Below are positions 50,820-64,000 of a stretch of 64,000 nt of DNA, piece by piece. The DNA comes from Oopsacas minuta (lineage: Eukaryota > Animalia > Porifera). The stretch is from NCBI GenBank assembly GCA_024704765.1, contig JAKMXF010000321.1, positions 434,001-498,000 on the forward strand. The letters are read 5' to 3'. Below the pieces are notes generated by a model, which saw only the letters and a list, made by a program, of their open reading frames with translations, had not been told where the DNA came from and did no database searches. Made by a program: the position numbers and the translations under genes. Numbering within the stretch: the first letter of the stretch is position 1; every line of letters starts with the position of its first letter.

Positions 50820-52082
50820 TAGTCGCGTATATAGAAGTATTAAATTTATACGAATATATCCCAAACCAAAGTAACACAAATTATAATCGGTTACATCGAA
50901 TTATTGTGATCCATTGAGCTTCGATATAACGGGAAATGACAAAACTGTAGGTGTGTCTATAGGCGAATTGTTCATTTTGACACCATTATTCTCTCACTCA
51001 GGTATTAGACTTATTGCAAACGGTATTTATTCGTAAATTCATCACGAATTCATTAGGTGTTTGTCGTGTACACTGCTGAAAGTAAATTCAGTTGAATTTT
51101 CGTCCTCGAAAAAAATATAAATTGTAAAGAAATTGGCTTTTGCTGTAAATACATTCAAGTTATTTGTGCATCTAATATTTTTGTCTTCATTCCTCGTGTA
51201 AAGAAATAGACATAAAACGATTTCTAATGTACGAAATTCCGCGTTCAGGATGTCTTTATAGCTCATTATTTTCCAATAAAATATGTCTACAATGTGAAGA
51301 TATTTCTCCACTAAAACAGGATGATTATGCGATAATATGAAGATCTTTATCAAATTGAATATTTGCATCCTGTATACAGTTATCAGCTATATCGTGCTTC
51401 CTATGCGGACAGCTGTTCCAGGAATAATTATAAGCGTTAGTCAAAATTGCATATTATTGTTTTGTCAAAGATTCTTACAAGATCATATTTTCCCGATATA
51501 TATTCATTTAAACTTTCTATTTACAGTTGATATCCGATCGAAATTTCTATCAGTTTTTAGCCCTGTATGTACTAATCAATTGACACAGGCATACGATCCT
51601 TGATAATCCCCAGGGAAGGGGGAGGCAAACGGGGCATTTGCCCCGGGTCTGACAGATCCTCAGACCACCACTGCCCATTATATAATAAGATTTTGTCCCA
51701 TATTTGAAATCTTTGCCCTGGGCATGCAAAATTCTGGGACCCCTGATACCAGGCAAAATATTTGAAAATTTTTGGAGCATTTTTTCAATGATAACATCCT
51801 GAAATTACTATTAATGGATATAGACTTTGAAATCGATGGAACTTAATGAAGAATATTCCTAGAAATAATTGTGGGGAGTTGGTTGGTAAGTATTGATACG
51901 AATCAGTATTTATTTCACACTAACCCCTCGTCGTTAATCAATTTTATATTAACACGAGATTACACGCTTTTAATTGTAAATATTTGTTATTTATTTTTCA
52001 CGCCAAAACCTCTCAAATCTGTTAAATACAAACATAAACATTCTCTAGTATTTATTGTAAGCTACACACAACACAACTAGTT

Positions 52083-52652
52083 ATGTCATCTTCAAAGAAA
52101 GCGAATTCTGCTAAGAAGAAGCGAAGACGTAGTCCCAGTCCTGCTAAATTCGAGTCAGAAGATGAGGAAATCTACAGTGTAGAAAAGATTGTAGACAAGC
52201 GTATCGTAGCTGGTAAGGTGGAGTATTATCTTAAATGGAAAGGGTTCGGGTCAGCTGATAATACCTGGGAACCTGAGGATAATTTAGACTGCTCGAATCT
52301 TATCAGTGAGTATGAGCGCAACTTAAAAGCAAAGAAACCCAAGGTCGAGAAGCCAGGTCCCCCGGGTATAGGCCTAAAGGAGAAAGTTAATCCCATCCCT
52401 TCTAGCTCAGATATGGACGAGAAGATAGGTTTCGCAAGAGCTCTAGATCCTGAGAGAATAATCGGCGCGACTGAACAAGACGGGAATATAATATTTCTAA
52501 TTAAGTGGAAAGGATCTGATGAAAACGATCTTGTACCTGCTTCAGAAGCTAATATAAAATGCCCTCAAGTCGTAATTAAATTTTACGAGTCGAAACTAAC
52601 TTGGCATGAAGCTAAAGATGACGACGAGGGAGCTCCTGTCTCGGAGAAATGA
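52083..52652 (+). CDS. HP1: Heterochromatin protein 1 (chromo + chromoshadow), intronless
   Basis: [10 protein letters not shown]...YYLKWKGF...NTWEPEDNL; PERIIGAT...FLIKWK...[10 protein letters not shown]. Confidence 0.95.
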   Translation: MSSSKKANSAKKKRRRSPSPAKFESEDEEIYSVEKIVDKRIVAGKVEYYLKWKGFGSADNTWEPEDNLDCSNLISEYERNLKAKKPKVEKPGPPGIGLKEKVNPIPSSSDMDEKIGFARALDPERIIGATEQDGNIIFLIKWKGSDENDLVPASEANIKCPQVVIKFYESKLTWHEAKDDDEGAPVSEK

Positions 52653-53169
52653 AAATTAGTTTATTAGTAATGATAGTACTTACCAGTTGTGCACTTGAAG
52701 TTTCTTACATATTAGCTATCTTGAACCAAGGATTATAACACTGATTTCTACAATTTACAATAACGTGTCAAGGAGCTGTGCATGAATTTGCCGTGCTATG
52801 CTATTTGTATGACAATTAGTGTATGATTGAATGTATTTTAACTTAATAAACTAGATACATAGTAATATTCGGGTAACAGCTGTTATTGCTAGGTTAAGAC
52901 GAACAAATTCTACACAGTAATATAGCATCTAAACTAACGAAAAATGTATATTTTTTATATCAAACACATATATTGTAATATCCTCTTATAGCAAAGTCTT
53001 AAGTTGTACAAATATGACCAGTTATGTCGAAGTAATTATTATAGTCCCTTGAGCTTGGATATAACCGGAGTTGATTGTATTTGAGTAGTGATATTATTAC
53101 AAAATTAACATCCTGTTCTGTAACACGTTTTGTATATTATCCCCAGATCCTTGATATTAGTTATCAAAA

Positions 53170-53760
53170 ATGTGTGCTTCCATAAGCAAGAGTGCATCAG
53201 AAGCTCTGAAACGAATCAAGAAAGCTAACACTATACAAAATATCATTGAAGGTTTACCCATTGTATTATCAGATCCCAAATACAAACTATCTAGTATGAA
53301 AATGTATAACAGATCACGACACATACAAGATTGGGTATTTGATACAATTAAAGCTAACGTTTCTCACTTTTACGATAATGCTTGTCCATGGTTAGATAGT
53401 GATAAGCGAGATGAGATTTTACATCGAGAAATGTGGAATATTATAGTTTCCTCTGAAGCGGTTTATTTGGGGTTTTTGAATTTTAGATTTGATATGGATG
53501 AAGATTGTGACGTAGTATACCTATATGAAATACAGGTTAATCCTTTAGCACAAAGAAAGGGGATAGGATCTCTGTTACTTTCAATCGTTGAAATGATTGC
53601 AGTTAGAAATAATATCACTAAAGTTATATTGACTAGTCATAGAAATAATTCAGCTTCTCAGAAATTCTTTCGTGATAAACATGGCTATACAGATGATGAA
53701 TCTTCTCCGACATTAGAACCTGTTAATTATGATATTCTTAGCAAGATTATGCATCAATAA
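53170..53760 (+). CDS. NAA40: N-alpha-acetyltransferase 40 (NatD), intronless
   Basis: FRFDMDEDCDVVYLYEIQV, QRKGIG acetyl-CoA motif, DESSP near the C-terminus. Confidence 0.88.
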   Translation: MCASISKSASEALKRIKKANTIQNIIEGLPIVLSDPKYKLSSMKMYNRSRHIQDWVFDTIKANVSHFYDNACPWLDSDKRDEILHREMWNIIVSSEAVYLGFLNFRFDMDEDCDVVYLYEIQVNPLAQRKGIGSLLLSIVEMIAVRNNITKVILTSHRNNSASQKFFRDKHGYTDDESSPTLEPVNYDILSKIMHQ

Positions 53761-54164
53761 TGGCTTAATGAGTATACGTATTTTATATCTGCATCTTATG
53801 CGGCAATTAAATTGAGTTTTTTCTTAATAATACCCCTGTTATTAATGAGAAGCTTGTTTCAGCTCGACACGATATCCATCTAAGTATGCGGGCGGCATTT
53901 CATTATGTATGACGTTATCTTAATACAAAGTAGCCAATTAATGGAAATTCTACGAAATATGATAATTATGCGTGTTAAAGGAAGATAAAATTCCTAATAA
54001 TATATCCACCCGTTAGTAAATATATTGAAATAGTGACAATATTCATGCTTCAGGTAAACCTGATGCGGGCGATGGAGCTGAAACAAGTTTCCAACTAACA
54101 GTAGCCTCAAATATGTATATCCACATATTAGGTTATATATTTATTTATTTGTAAATTTCTGACG

Positions 54165-57115
54165 ATGAACTTCGATCGTGTGAAAGAAGAATGGGACACA
54201 GCATCTCCTACATCCGCACCCTCTCAATACGGACCAATCCCCACCTACCCAGTACAGGTTCCCTCTCTCCCCTCTCCTGATATAACACCTGGAGGCATGA
54301 CAGGGGTACACGGGAGTGATATGAGACCCCCTCTCACGTTAGGACGGGGAGCTCTCTCTGCTTCTTTCTCTGGGACTGGTACAGTAGCTTCTCCATCTGT
54401 GGGAGCACAGAGCCCTGCTACTCAGTCAGTACCTACGCCCCCTAAAGTGTGTGTGTTATATTTACTTATTAAGAAGCTATATTTTATTAAAATTGGACAT
54501 TCCATAGCCTGAAGGATGTGTAATGTCCAATTTAATAGATATTTCCTGGGAAATTGACTATAATATTGTCTCTATACCGGGATATCCTGTTTGTCAGAAA
54601 TTACCCTCTATATGTTTTTTAGTTATTCGCCCATTGATAGACATAGATAAGATGTATTATTTTGTCAAATTCGAATCCTGTTTACATGGATATTGGTTGT
54701 TTTGAAGCGATACCGTCTTCTCGAGCTAAGCATCCATAGTTCACTTGAAAATAAATAATAATTTTCTATTTTAGGAAGAAGACAGTTTTGATGCTGGAGG
54801 AGCATCATACATCCGTAAGCTATTCCGTACAGAATTAGTTTCCAATAGCAATCAGATTGAAATAGTCAGGAATGATCCTAATTCACCATTATACTCTGTC
54901 AAGAGTTTTGAAGAACTGAATTTACCTAAACCGTTACTCGATGGTGTATATGCTATGGGTTTCAATAAACCTAGTAAAATACAAGAAACAGCTCTCCCTA
55001 ACCTAATATCAAATCCACCGATAAATCTAATAGCTCAATCTCAGAGTGGTACTGGCAAGACAGCTGCGTTCGTACTAGCTATGCTGACACGTGTAGACCC
55101 GAGTAAGCACTATCCACAGGTCTTATGTCTATCTCCTACTTATGATCTGACTAAACAGACTGGAGAGGTAAATTTATCGAATATCGTTAAGTGTTTACTT
55201 CGTCCGATGTTGTCATTTTTTGTATGAACTTTTCAATGTTGAGGAGGTCATTTACTTGGATTAGTGAAAGGTTACTTTTTATTCTGGATAGGATAGTCTC
55301 TTTGATAACATCGAACGCCGACATATAACACTGGCGGTCTTAGTGGGAGGGCAAATGGAACAAAGCCCCGTAGTCATTTTTGGTCAGTTTTGCTCAAATT
55401 GGCCTTGGAAAGCCGAAAAATGACTTTAAATATTTTGTGACCACAGTGTGGCCAAGTTTGATCACATGACCACAGCTTGAAAATGCCTAATGTACTGATC
55501 TTATGATTTCCACAATTTCATTTTAGGTACTACTACAAATGGGAAAATATTTGACTGATGTTCACGTTATCTTCGCTTTAAAAGGAACTCATAGATTTAA
55601 TTCAAAACACCAAATCACTGAGCAGATTATGATAGGAACGCCTGGCACTACGTTAGATTGGATAAAGAGGAGATTCTTTGATCCATCTTTAATAACTATG
55701 TTCGTGTTAGATGAAGCTGACGTCATGATTGCAACACAGGGACATCAAGACCAAACCGTTCGTTCTTTAATACTTTTACAGTCAACTCCCCGTTATATAG
55801 AAATCCCCGCTTATACCGAAGATTAATATCTTACGTCTCAAACCGAAATTATCATCAGTGATATCGAAGTATGCAATTATCACTGTCCTTGAGTTTCGAT
55901 TTATATAACAAGAGTTAACTGTATTTTGTTTTTACCTAAAATAATTGAATGCTCACAGCCTGGCAGTAAATTGTAATATTACTATAGGTTCGGATACACA
56001 AAGATGTGTATAAGAGACAGATATGTCTCTGGCCCCTACCATACAAGGAGTATTGTTTTCAGCTACATATGATGATGAAGTAATGAAGTTTGCAGGTAAC
56101 ATAATCCCTAATCCTACAATAATAAGATTGAAGCGTGAGGAAGAGAGTCTAGAGAGTATTGCTCAGTATTATATTAAGTGTAAAGTACAAGAAGAAAAGT
56201 ATCAAGCTCTAGCTAACATATATGCTTTTATAGAAATAGGTAATGTTATAATAGTATACTTACTATCCATTAATTCCTGAGATATCTGGATTATAATTCC
56301 AGATTGTGCTTCATGTACAATTTTACTATATTATGGGGAGTATAGGAGAAATACGTTTAGGAGTTGGTAAGTATTTATAATGGCATTTTCTCAGTTCATT
56401 GTTTCTATGTTTCGATGTGTTAGAACAAAGGTTGCAACCGAATAGTTCAATATTCGGTATTCGTTTCGGTTGATCAAACTTATCAGTATTCAGTTCATTT
56501 AACCAAATAATTTCAGTACTCGTATCAGAATTTGGCAAGGATATTAATTATGAATACTGATATTCGGTTCAAACCGCTCCAACTCAAACCTTAAAAGGCA
56601 TCTACATAGCCCCCAAATGTAACCAACAATTATCCTCCATTATATTCATATTCATTAATATTTTTTTTGTTTCAGGTCAAGCTATAGTATTCTGTCAAAC
56701 GAGGAAATCAGCTCATTTCCTGGCAGGTAAAATGTCTAAAGACGGACACTCTGTAGCTATACTGTCAGGGGATATGGATATATCTGCTAGAGTAGACGTA
56801 CTGAATCGCTTCAGAGAAGGGAAAGAAAAACTCCTAATAACAACCAATCTCTGTGCACGAGGTCTGGACATAGAACAAATAACTCTTGTTATAAACTACG
56901 ATCTCCCATTGGATTTAATGGGTAACACAGATTTTGAAACTTATCTTCATCGTATTGGCCGTACAGGACGGTTTGGGAAGAAAGGGATTGCGATTAACTT
57001 TATTGACGGACCAGACAATATGCAGAGATTACAAACTATACAACAGCACTTCGGTAGACCGATAAAGTGCCTTGATACTGATAACTACGAGCAGCTAGAG
57101 AATATAGCTGTCTAG
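54165..57115 (+). CDS. DDX19: DEAD-box mRNA export helicase DDX19/Dbp5, 5 exons
   Basis: Exons 54165-54446, 54775-55167, 55527-55757, 55988-56239, 56676-57115. Motifs [40 protein letters not shown]. Exon 4 is frameshifted by an insertion containing a Tn5 mosaic end. Confidence 0.92.
56002..56020 (+). other. Tn5/Nextera mosaic end, probable library-adapter artefact
   Basis: Exact 19-nt AGATGTGTATAAGAGACAG inside DDX19 exon 4. Confidence 0.9.
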
Positions 57116-58189
57116 AAGCAAAAGCTGGAAGTTAGATGAATTTATCCTTGATACTCTCTACTTTCTTATAGGAGATCCATTGTTACTTTATTAAATATTC
57201 ATATTTTCTTCCCTATTATATCGTATGATAAAATGTGAGGCACTTAAACAGGAGACTAACTTTTGGAAACGGAGTGAGAAATTGAGCGAATTTCTATCTG
57301 ATATAAATTACCCTCCATAAACTGAGAAACGAGGTTGTATGTTTCAGCTTTCCTACACTTAATATTCTTAAGTAGTAAAATTCACCTCCCATGCCCGTAT
57401 AAACAATTCTAGCACATTGATTCATTAAAATTAATCGAATCCTCGTCTATAATTTACAATTTTTGGTACATATATGGATCATCCCCAATTATTTACACTT
57501 ATCATATTGCTTAGAATAAGAATCCAGCATTTCTGAACAATACGCCTAAAATTTTCCACTCATTATTATGCGCGCCTAGAGTATACATATAGTATGACGG
57601 TATGGGGGTCTTGCTCGAATTTTGACGCGGCTAGATCTATATTCGCTGAAATTCATGCGCCTGTAGGAGCGAGCATACGCCTGGATGAAACCCTGGCACT
57701 ACCTGTACGAAAAATAAGCCCTGGGGATTATTCAGGGTAATACGATATTTGCTGAATCACGGTTCTGTGCAATCTTAATATTTGAAATCATATTTAATCA
57801 ATATGCAATATTCTAATGGTAATTATACTTACACAGTGACAGTTCTATGAATTGTGTTAATTAGCTTCGTTTACACTTACTAATCATAATAGTTTATATC
57901 GCTTGTAGGTATTATTATGTCTAATCTCAGTTAATCTGCATTAATATTTTATATCAATAAATCTGATGAGATTATCTTATTCTATACAAATATTTAATTC
58001 TTTACTAATCATTAAGCATTTCTGACAAATATCTTATGTTACATTTCGATGGGTGTTTTATGGTATTGTTCAAGTTGATTGAAAAATTGGCAAGAGCAAC
58101 GAAATTGAAAATTGGCATGTGTATGCAACTTGGTCCAACTTCATGAAATTTAAATTTTTAAGCGCATCTCTGAGGAAAGGTGACAAAAC

Positions 58190-58235
58190 TTCATAAGTAT
58201 AAAGTATGGAATTATCCATACTTTATACTTATGAA
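58190..58235. repeat. Perfect 21-bp inverted repeat with 4-nt loop
   Basis: TTCATAAGTATAAAGTATGGA-atta-TCCATACTTTATACTTATGAA. Confidence 0.95.
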
Positions 58236-60136
58236 AAAGTCCTGCAAGATATTTCTTTGTTGAATTGTGAAGAATCAAGATTTTGTTATTAGAAAATTGT
58301 ATTTCCATTAAACTTTATCACAATGCGCTAATATCTCCTTATTCCTGTTTATCTCACTAGTGAAAGTTTATATTATGTGTTGTATAATATGTTTCATTGG
58401 CTATATGATGCAATCCACTAGCAATATGCAACTAATGTAAGAAAATCTTGTCTATATTAATGTAACTCATACTTGTAGGGACGAATTTCATGTTTTGTTT
58501 GTGTGTTACATATTTTATACTTTTACGGATATTATAATTATTGCGTTAGAGATATCTACTTTTGTATTCCAGAATATATTTGTCCCTTTCGTTGAATAAT
58601 ACAGTCAACTCCCGTTATGTCGAACACAGATCTATCGAAATACCCGCTTATATTGGAACCTGAAATTGTACAAATATGGTCATAAATCGTGGAAGTAATA
58701 TAACTTTAATCGGTTATGCCGAACTCCGCTTAGATCGAAGAAATTATCGCGGACCCTTGAGCTTCGATATGACAGGAAAAAATATATAAGTTTCCTAGAA
58801 TAGTAAATTGGAGTAACAAGGGAATTAGCCAAATATCTCCATTCTGTATTACCCGATTAGATAGAATTCACTCTATCAAATTTCCCTAAAATAATTCCTC
58901 CACTCATGTCTAGCTATTTCATTACTAACTCTAATGAGAATGAGTGGGAACAGTACGCATGCAAATCTACCTCATCTCTGTTATTGGATCATGCATGACC
59001 ATGTGCTAAATGAAATATTTATATACAAGTTTAGTTAAGAATGACTCAACTATTTCTAGGAATTTAACTCTCTTCACCTGCAGATATACAGCAAGTAAAA
59101 CTGCCCTGTATACGTTTCTGTTAGTGATCAGTGTATATATTATCTCGCAATGTACTGATACGTATCATAATTATATACTGTTTATGTGGTTTGTATTAAA
59201 TGTGTCCTTTGTTCGAATTTATTGTAAGTTTATTGGGGGCAAATTAGCATATGGTTAATTTAGAAAACCTGTCTGGTATCCAAACTTAATTGAGAGCATT
59301 CTAAGAATTCTTTCATTGAATTTGCACTTCAGTAACGAAAGTGGATCTAGTTCATTTAATTATTCTCATTCTTGGAACTTAAAATTACGATGTCAGAAAC
59401 TAAAACCACTTATATTCATGTGTATGTGTTGGTTTCCTTACAAATGTTATTAAGAATTTTTGTATTGTGTGAGTCTATTTGTAGTCTCGAGAATGTTAAT
59501 CAAGAGGTCGTGAGAATTCCTAAGCAAGGGCGTATTTCCTTTTATTGAAAACACTGTTCATACTTTAGGCGTTCTACATCAAAGGTATTAAGCAGTATTA
59601 CTTATTTTTAGCTGATTCTGTATCTGGAATTTAGGGCGAGTTTATATAAATACACAGCCAGTTGACTCTCTTTAATAAGACACAGTTTCTATAACATTAG
59701 CTATATACGTAGTGAAAATGATTTAAAGATTGAAATTATTCAGCAATAAACTATCATTTCAGATTTTCACCAGTAATTCCCCTCATGGTTAGCTATATCG
59801 TCAGCCTTTTTGTATGTTTTTTTAGAGCGATTGACCGCTTATATAATTGAATTCAAGGGTTTAGATAAACTAAATGTTGGACTTCCTCCATCAATGCATA
59901 TGCAATACCTTCCCAATCAATTTATTCATTTAATTATTATATACTCCAGAGAAAAAGTAGATGGTACGCGAGTCTATGTTAAGATATTAATGAGAGACGA
60001 CTGTGTACACAAGGGTGATTGCATAATCATTTTCTCTACGTACACTAACTCTACCATTGTAACTTCTACAATTAAACCTGAAAATGTACAAGTGTAACAG
60101 TTACACATGGGATCCCTGTACCAATTTTTCTGACTG

Positions 60137-60303
60137 CATACTTACCACTAACCCCTTTCACTAATTTCCCGAGATTTCACGTTGTTCTCCCTATTCCACC
60201 CGTAAAATATCCAGAAATATAGCAAAACATGGGAAAAATAACCGGGATATTCAAAAATTTCCACTTGATACGACGTGAAATTCCGGGAGTGTTGGCAAGT
60301 ATG
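60137..60303. mobile_element. MITE family F (termini CATACTT...AAGTATG)
   Basis: Related copies at 5433-5587, 14963-15143, about 41025-41154 and a partial copy ending near 22172. Superfamily unassigned. Confidence 0.7.
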
Positions 60304-61264
60304 CTGTAGACTCCCTTCCGTTACTGAGATACAAATCTTGATTTCTTGTGGACCCCCTGCTGTCATCAGTGGGCCATCAAGGAGTACATGGACTCCAAGG
60401 TGGAATCCGCTGGTTTAATATATATTATTAATACACCATTATTCACGTGATAATTCGTGTTAAACCCTCAGCAAGTACTTTCCTCATCATTAACATGCTA
60501 TAAAAGATCTGATTTAATTTATAGAATTACAGTAACATTGCTTGTGATTTAATTTACTGTTTTTAGGGGTTTCTTGTCAGCTTAGTCATCCAAATCTTTA
60601 TTTGATTATTTTTGCATATGTTTGAACATTTCCCACGCTATGCTATGTCCAATTATATAATTACGCCAGAAATAATTTCGAAATAGATATTACAATAATT
60701 ATGCGACAATACATAGAATTGCGTGTTCTGCAATATGTCCTCAGGTATATAAGCAAAGTATCTGAAGTTAAACTAAAATTAAAATTGAATTGAATTTTAT
60801 TTGATACTCCGAGGACCTGATTTAACATACTAAGGTGATTCATTAATTATCTGTTGTAGTAAGAAACAAGTATATTAGAAAGTTGTCTTTATCAATTATC
60901 CCACACTGTAAGGGAATAAGTAGAAGTATTCGAGATAGGACCAAGATATATTTATGTACCTATATGTTGAGTATTGAATTTAGACATTGAAATTACATTG
61001 CAGTCAACTCCAGTTATATCAAAGCTTAAGATACGGCGATAATTACTTTTCGATATATCCGTGTTCGATATAGCAGGAGTTGACTGTATTTTTATTGATA
61101 TTTATTGAAGGTATCACTACAATGAAAAATCGAGGCATAACTCTTGCATTACATCTACACATATTTAAGTTCACATACCGATACAGCTAATTACCACATT
61201 CTTTACGTTTCACTTCAAATATTTATATTCCAATTACTTTTCTCTTCACTTTAGCTAATTCGAA

Positions 61265-63863
61265 ATGTCAGATATGAGAATTTCATCTCCTTCTACTGCC
61301 ACTAATGGCCCTGTGAGACCCAATATTTTTCTGGGAGTGACTTCAACACTCAACATAGATAAACCTACTCTAGAAGACCTGAGAGCTACAGAGAATATGA
61401 TCACTGCAATGCAACCACACAAAGTATTCGACACACCAGAGGGTTGCTCTCAACGACGTAAAGTCCTCCTTGAGTTGGAAAAAATGGCAAAAGAATGGAT
61501 TAAAGAAATGACCTTATTACAAGGTTTGTCTAAATTAGTATTAAGCTATTAATATTAAATATCTCTTCATTATAGTTTATACGCTATGTACATATACTGT
61601 CATATTTACATTAGTATTACTATATATCTGTAACAGTTATGAAATCGATACTGTTGCTGAAATAAGGTAGACTACAGTTATAACGTAATCGGGTATAACG
61701 AAAAGTGATTCTTAACCATCAGAGCTTGAGTAATTGATTTTACTCCGCTTACAACGAATGAAGCACAGCCCCAGAGCAATTCGTTATGACTAGAGTTAAC
61801 TGTATTTCCTTAATATCACTGATCTAATGCACCTGTCTATTTAATCAGGACGCTCTGAAGAGTATGCTAAGGAAGTTGGTGGGAAGATATTCACCTTCGG
61901 ATCCTATCGTCTCGGTGTACACACCCAAGGGGCAGATATTGACGCGCTCCTGGTCGCACCGCGACATATTTCGCGAGATGAGGTCTTCACGAAGTTCTCG
62001 GATCGTTTGAGATCTCATGATCAAATAAAACACGTTAAAGTAATAGAAGATGCTTATGTTCCTGTTATAAAGATGGTATTCTCTGGTATTGAGATGGATC
62101 TTACTTATGCACGTCTTGCTCTGAAGGCTATTCCTAATACATTAGATTTACAAGTAAGTATATTTATTCTTGAATTTGTTGAATACAGTTAACTCTCGTT
62201 GTTATATCAAACACGGATATATCGAAGTCTAAAATTGTACAAAGTAACATACATTAAACTCCCGCAATCTCGTTATATCGAAGTTCAATTCAGACTTCAA
62301 TATAAGTGTGTATTTCAATATAACGGGATTTACTGTCTTTTATTAACATTTCTTTATAGCACTTATTACATTATATAATCATAATCTTCAATCTATTAGG
62401 ATACAGAACTTCTCCGTAACCTAGACCCCAGATGTATCCGGTCCCTAAACGGCTGTAGAGTGACGGACGCTATTCTCACACTAGTACCTGACGTTAATCA
62501 TAAAGAGGCTTTTAAATGCGCACTCAGGATGATAAAATTATGGGCGAAAAACCGTGGAATATACAGTAACGCTATGGGATATCTAGGTGGCGTTTCATGG
62601 GCTATCCTAGTCGCTAGAACATGTCAATTATATCCGAACGCTTCAGCTTCTACAATCGTACACAAATTCTTCCGAGTATTCACACAGTGGAAATGGCCAC
62701 AACCCATAATGTTAAGAGGTTTTGAAGAGAACGTTTTAAACATGCAGGTCTGGGATGCTCGTCTCAATGAACAAGATGCAATGCATAAAATGCCTATTAT
62801 AACGCCAGCATATCCTGAACAGAACACTACATTCAATGTACGAAAATCCACATTATCAGTTATGCAAGAGGAATTCGACCGAGCTTCAAAGATATGCATG
62901 TTAATAAGCTTGAACAGAACAAATTGGGAAGTTCTGTTCGAACCAGTTAACTTTTTCAGTAAATACAAACATTATATAATTGTTCAGCTAGAAACAGACA
63001 CTGAACAAGATCATTTGGAATGGCAAGGCCTATTAGAATCAATGATCCGATTTCTAATTGAAAACTTAGAAACTATTCGTAAATACATTGATGTTGCATG
63101 TGTATACCCGTCCCCTATACGTCAAGATCCTCTCCCAAGCACAGGTCCTGATGCCGTTAAACCCGTCTTTAAGTCCTCCTACTTTGTTGGTCTACAATTC
63201 TTAGTCGCTGGTATCGATCTCCATTTAGCAGAGCCTTTAAAACAATTCACAGACCGTGTGTATGAGAAAGCTCGTAAGAACAAATTCTCTCCGACTGGAA
63301 AAATAGCACTTGTCTATTATAAGCGTTCTAACCTGAAGGAACAATTCCCTAATATCGATATTAAACGTAAGGATACGTTTTCACGCCTCATGAAGCAGTA
63401 TAGTAATTTATTCACTACCCTAAACCCTAGGAAATCTCCCTCTCCCCCTCGTAACTCCCTTGCCGTCTCTTCAAATCCCGGTAGTCCCCGCGTCCATCAT
63501 GAATCACCTCAAGGAACAACAGGTGCCATGACAATGTCTCCCAAGCCAAACGGAGCACCGTCCTCTCCTCAAGACGTCTCAATGCGAAACGCGAGTCAGG
63601 CATCAGAGAGTAATTCTCAAATGGATACGAATGGTGACGTGACTAAACGCGAAACTAAACGCAAACATGAACTCTTACCCTCTTCCCAACCAAAAAGAGT
63701 ACGTTCTCAATCGCCACCCCTTCAAGAGCATATCTTGACTCCAGAGCTAGCCACACCCTACGAACTAGAGAGATTTATTCCCCCATTCCCCCTGGGCAAA
63801 GACACCCGTAAAGACATAGAAATTAAACTAATTTCAAAAGCTACAACTACCACGACATCATGA
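61265..63863 (+). CDS. PAPOLA: Canonical poly(A) polymerase, 3 exons, about 675 aa
   Basis: Exons 61265-61523, 61849-62153, 62400-63863. FGSYRLGVHTQGADID, SLNGCRVTD, LGGVSWA, MPIITPAYP; basic, Ser/Pro-rich tail. Confidence 0.96.
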
Positions 63864-64000
63864 GAGCTTTCATCACTCGTGCCTAGTGCGAGAGAAGAAA
63901 TGAGTAAATTATTTTGTTTTCTTTAATCAACTAACACACTCAACCTCATTTATCAATTAATTCACTCTTTATAATCAATGCTTTGTTACTATTAAGTGAG

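Noticed and set aside
56002-56020. Programmed frameshift, micro-intron or genuine Tn5-like insertion in DDX19
   Set aside because: No GT-AG pair restores the frame, and an exact lone synthetic mosaic end is best explained as a library adapter.
59440-59570. Minus-strand fragment containing GNTPL (ankyrin-like)
   Set aside because: A single short motif in a ~36-codon frame with no repeat context.

Overview
AT-rich, gene-dense eukaryotic (animal) DNA with short GT-AG introns. The compact, nested-gene style suggests a glass sponge (Hexactinellida, e.g. Oopsacas-like); this is an inference only. About 22 protein genes can be supported, 20 of them on the + strand. In order: 3' part of OCRL/INPP5B; DHRS4; an 11-exon citrate synthase whose introns hold three intronless sense-strand genes (nucleoside-hydrolase-like, coiled-coil/NHL, ubiquitin-like with a CaaX tail); enkurin; CCDC186; USP4/15; a tandem cluster of four intronless genes built from repeated degenerate DEAD-box RecA1 modules (the first fused to a LOTUS domain), interrupted by an antisense gustatory-receptor-like multipass protein; a coiled-coil/zinc-finger gene; 8-exon HSP60 with an antisense degenerate G-alpha nested in intron 5; 5-exon HSP10 in tandem; HP1; NAA40; DDX19 (carrying an exact Tn5/Nextera mosaic end, probably an assembly artefact); and poly(A) polymerase. 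Many short TIR-bounded MITEs of several families fill introns and intergenic DNA. Best candidate for a new system: the LOTUS/pseudo-helicase array at 22771-38192, set in an operon-like, possibly trans-spliced genome.
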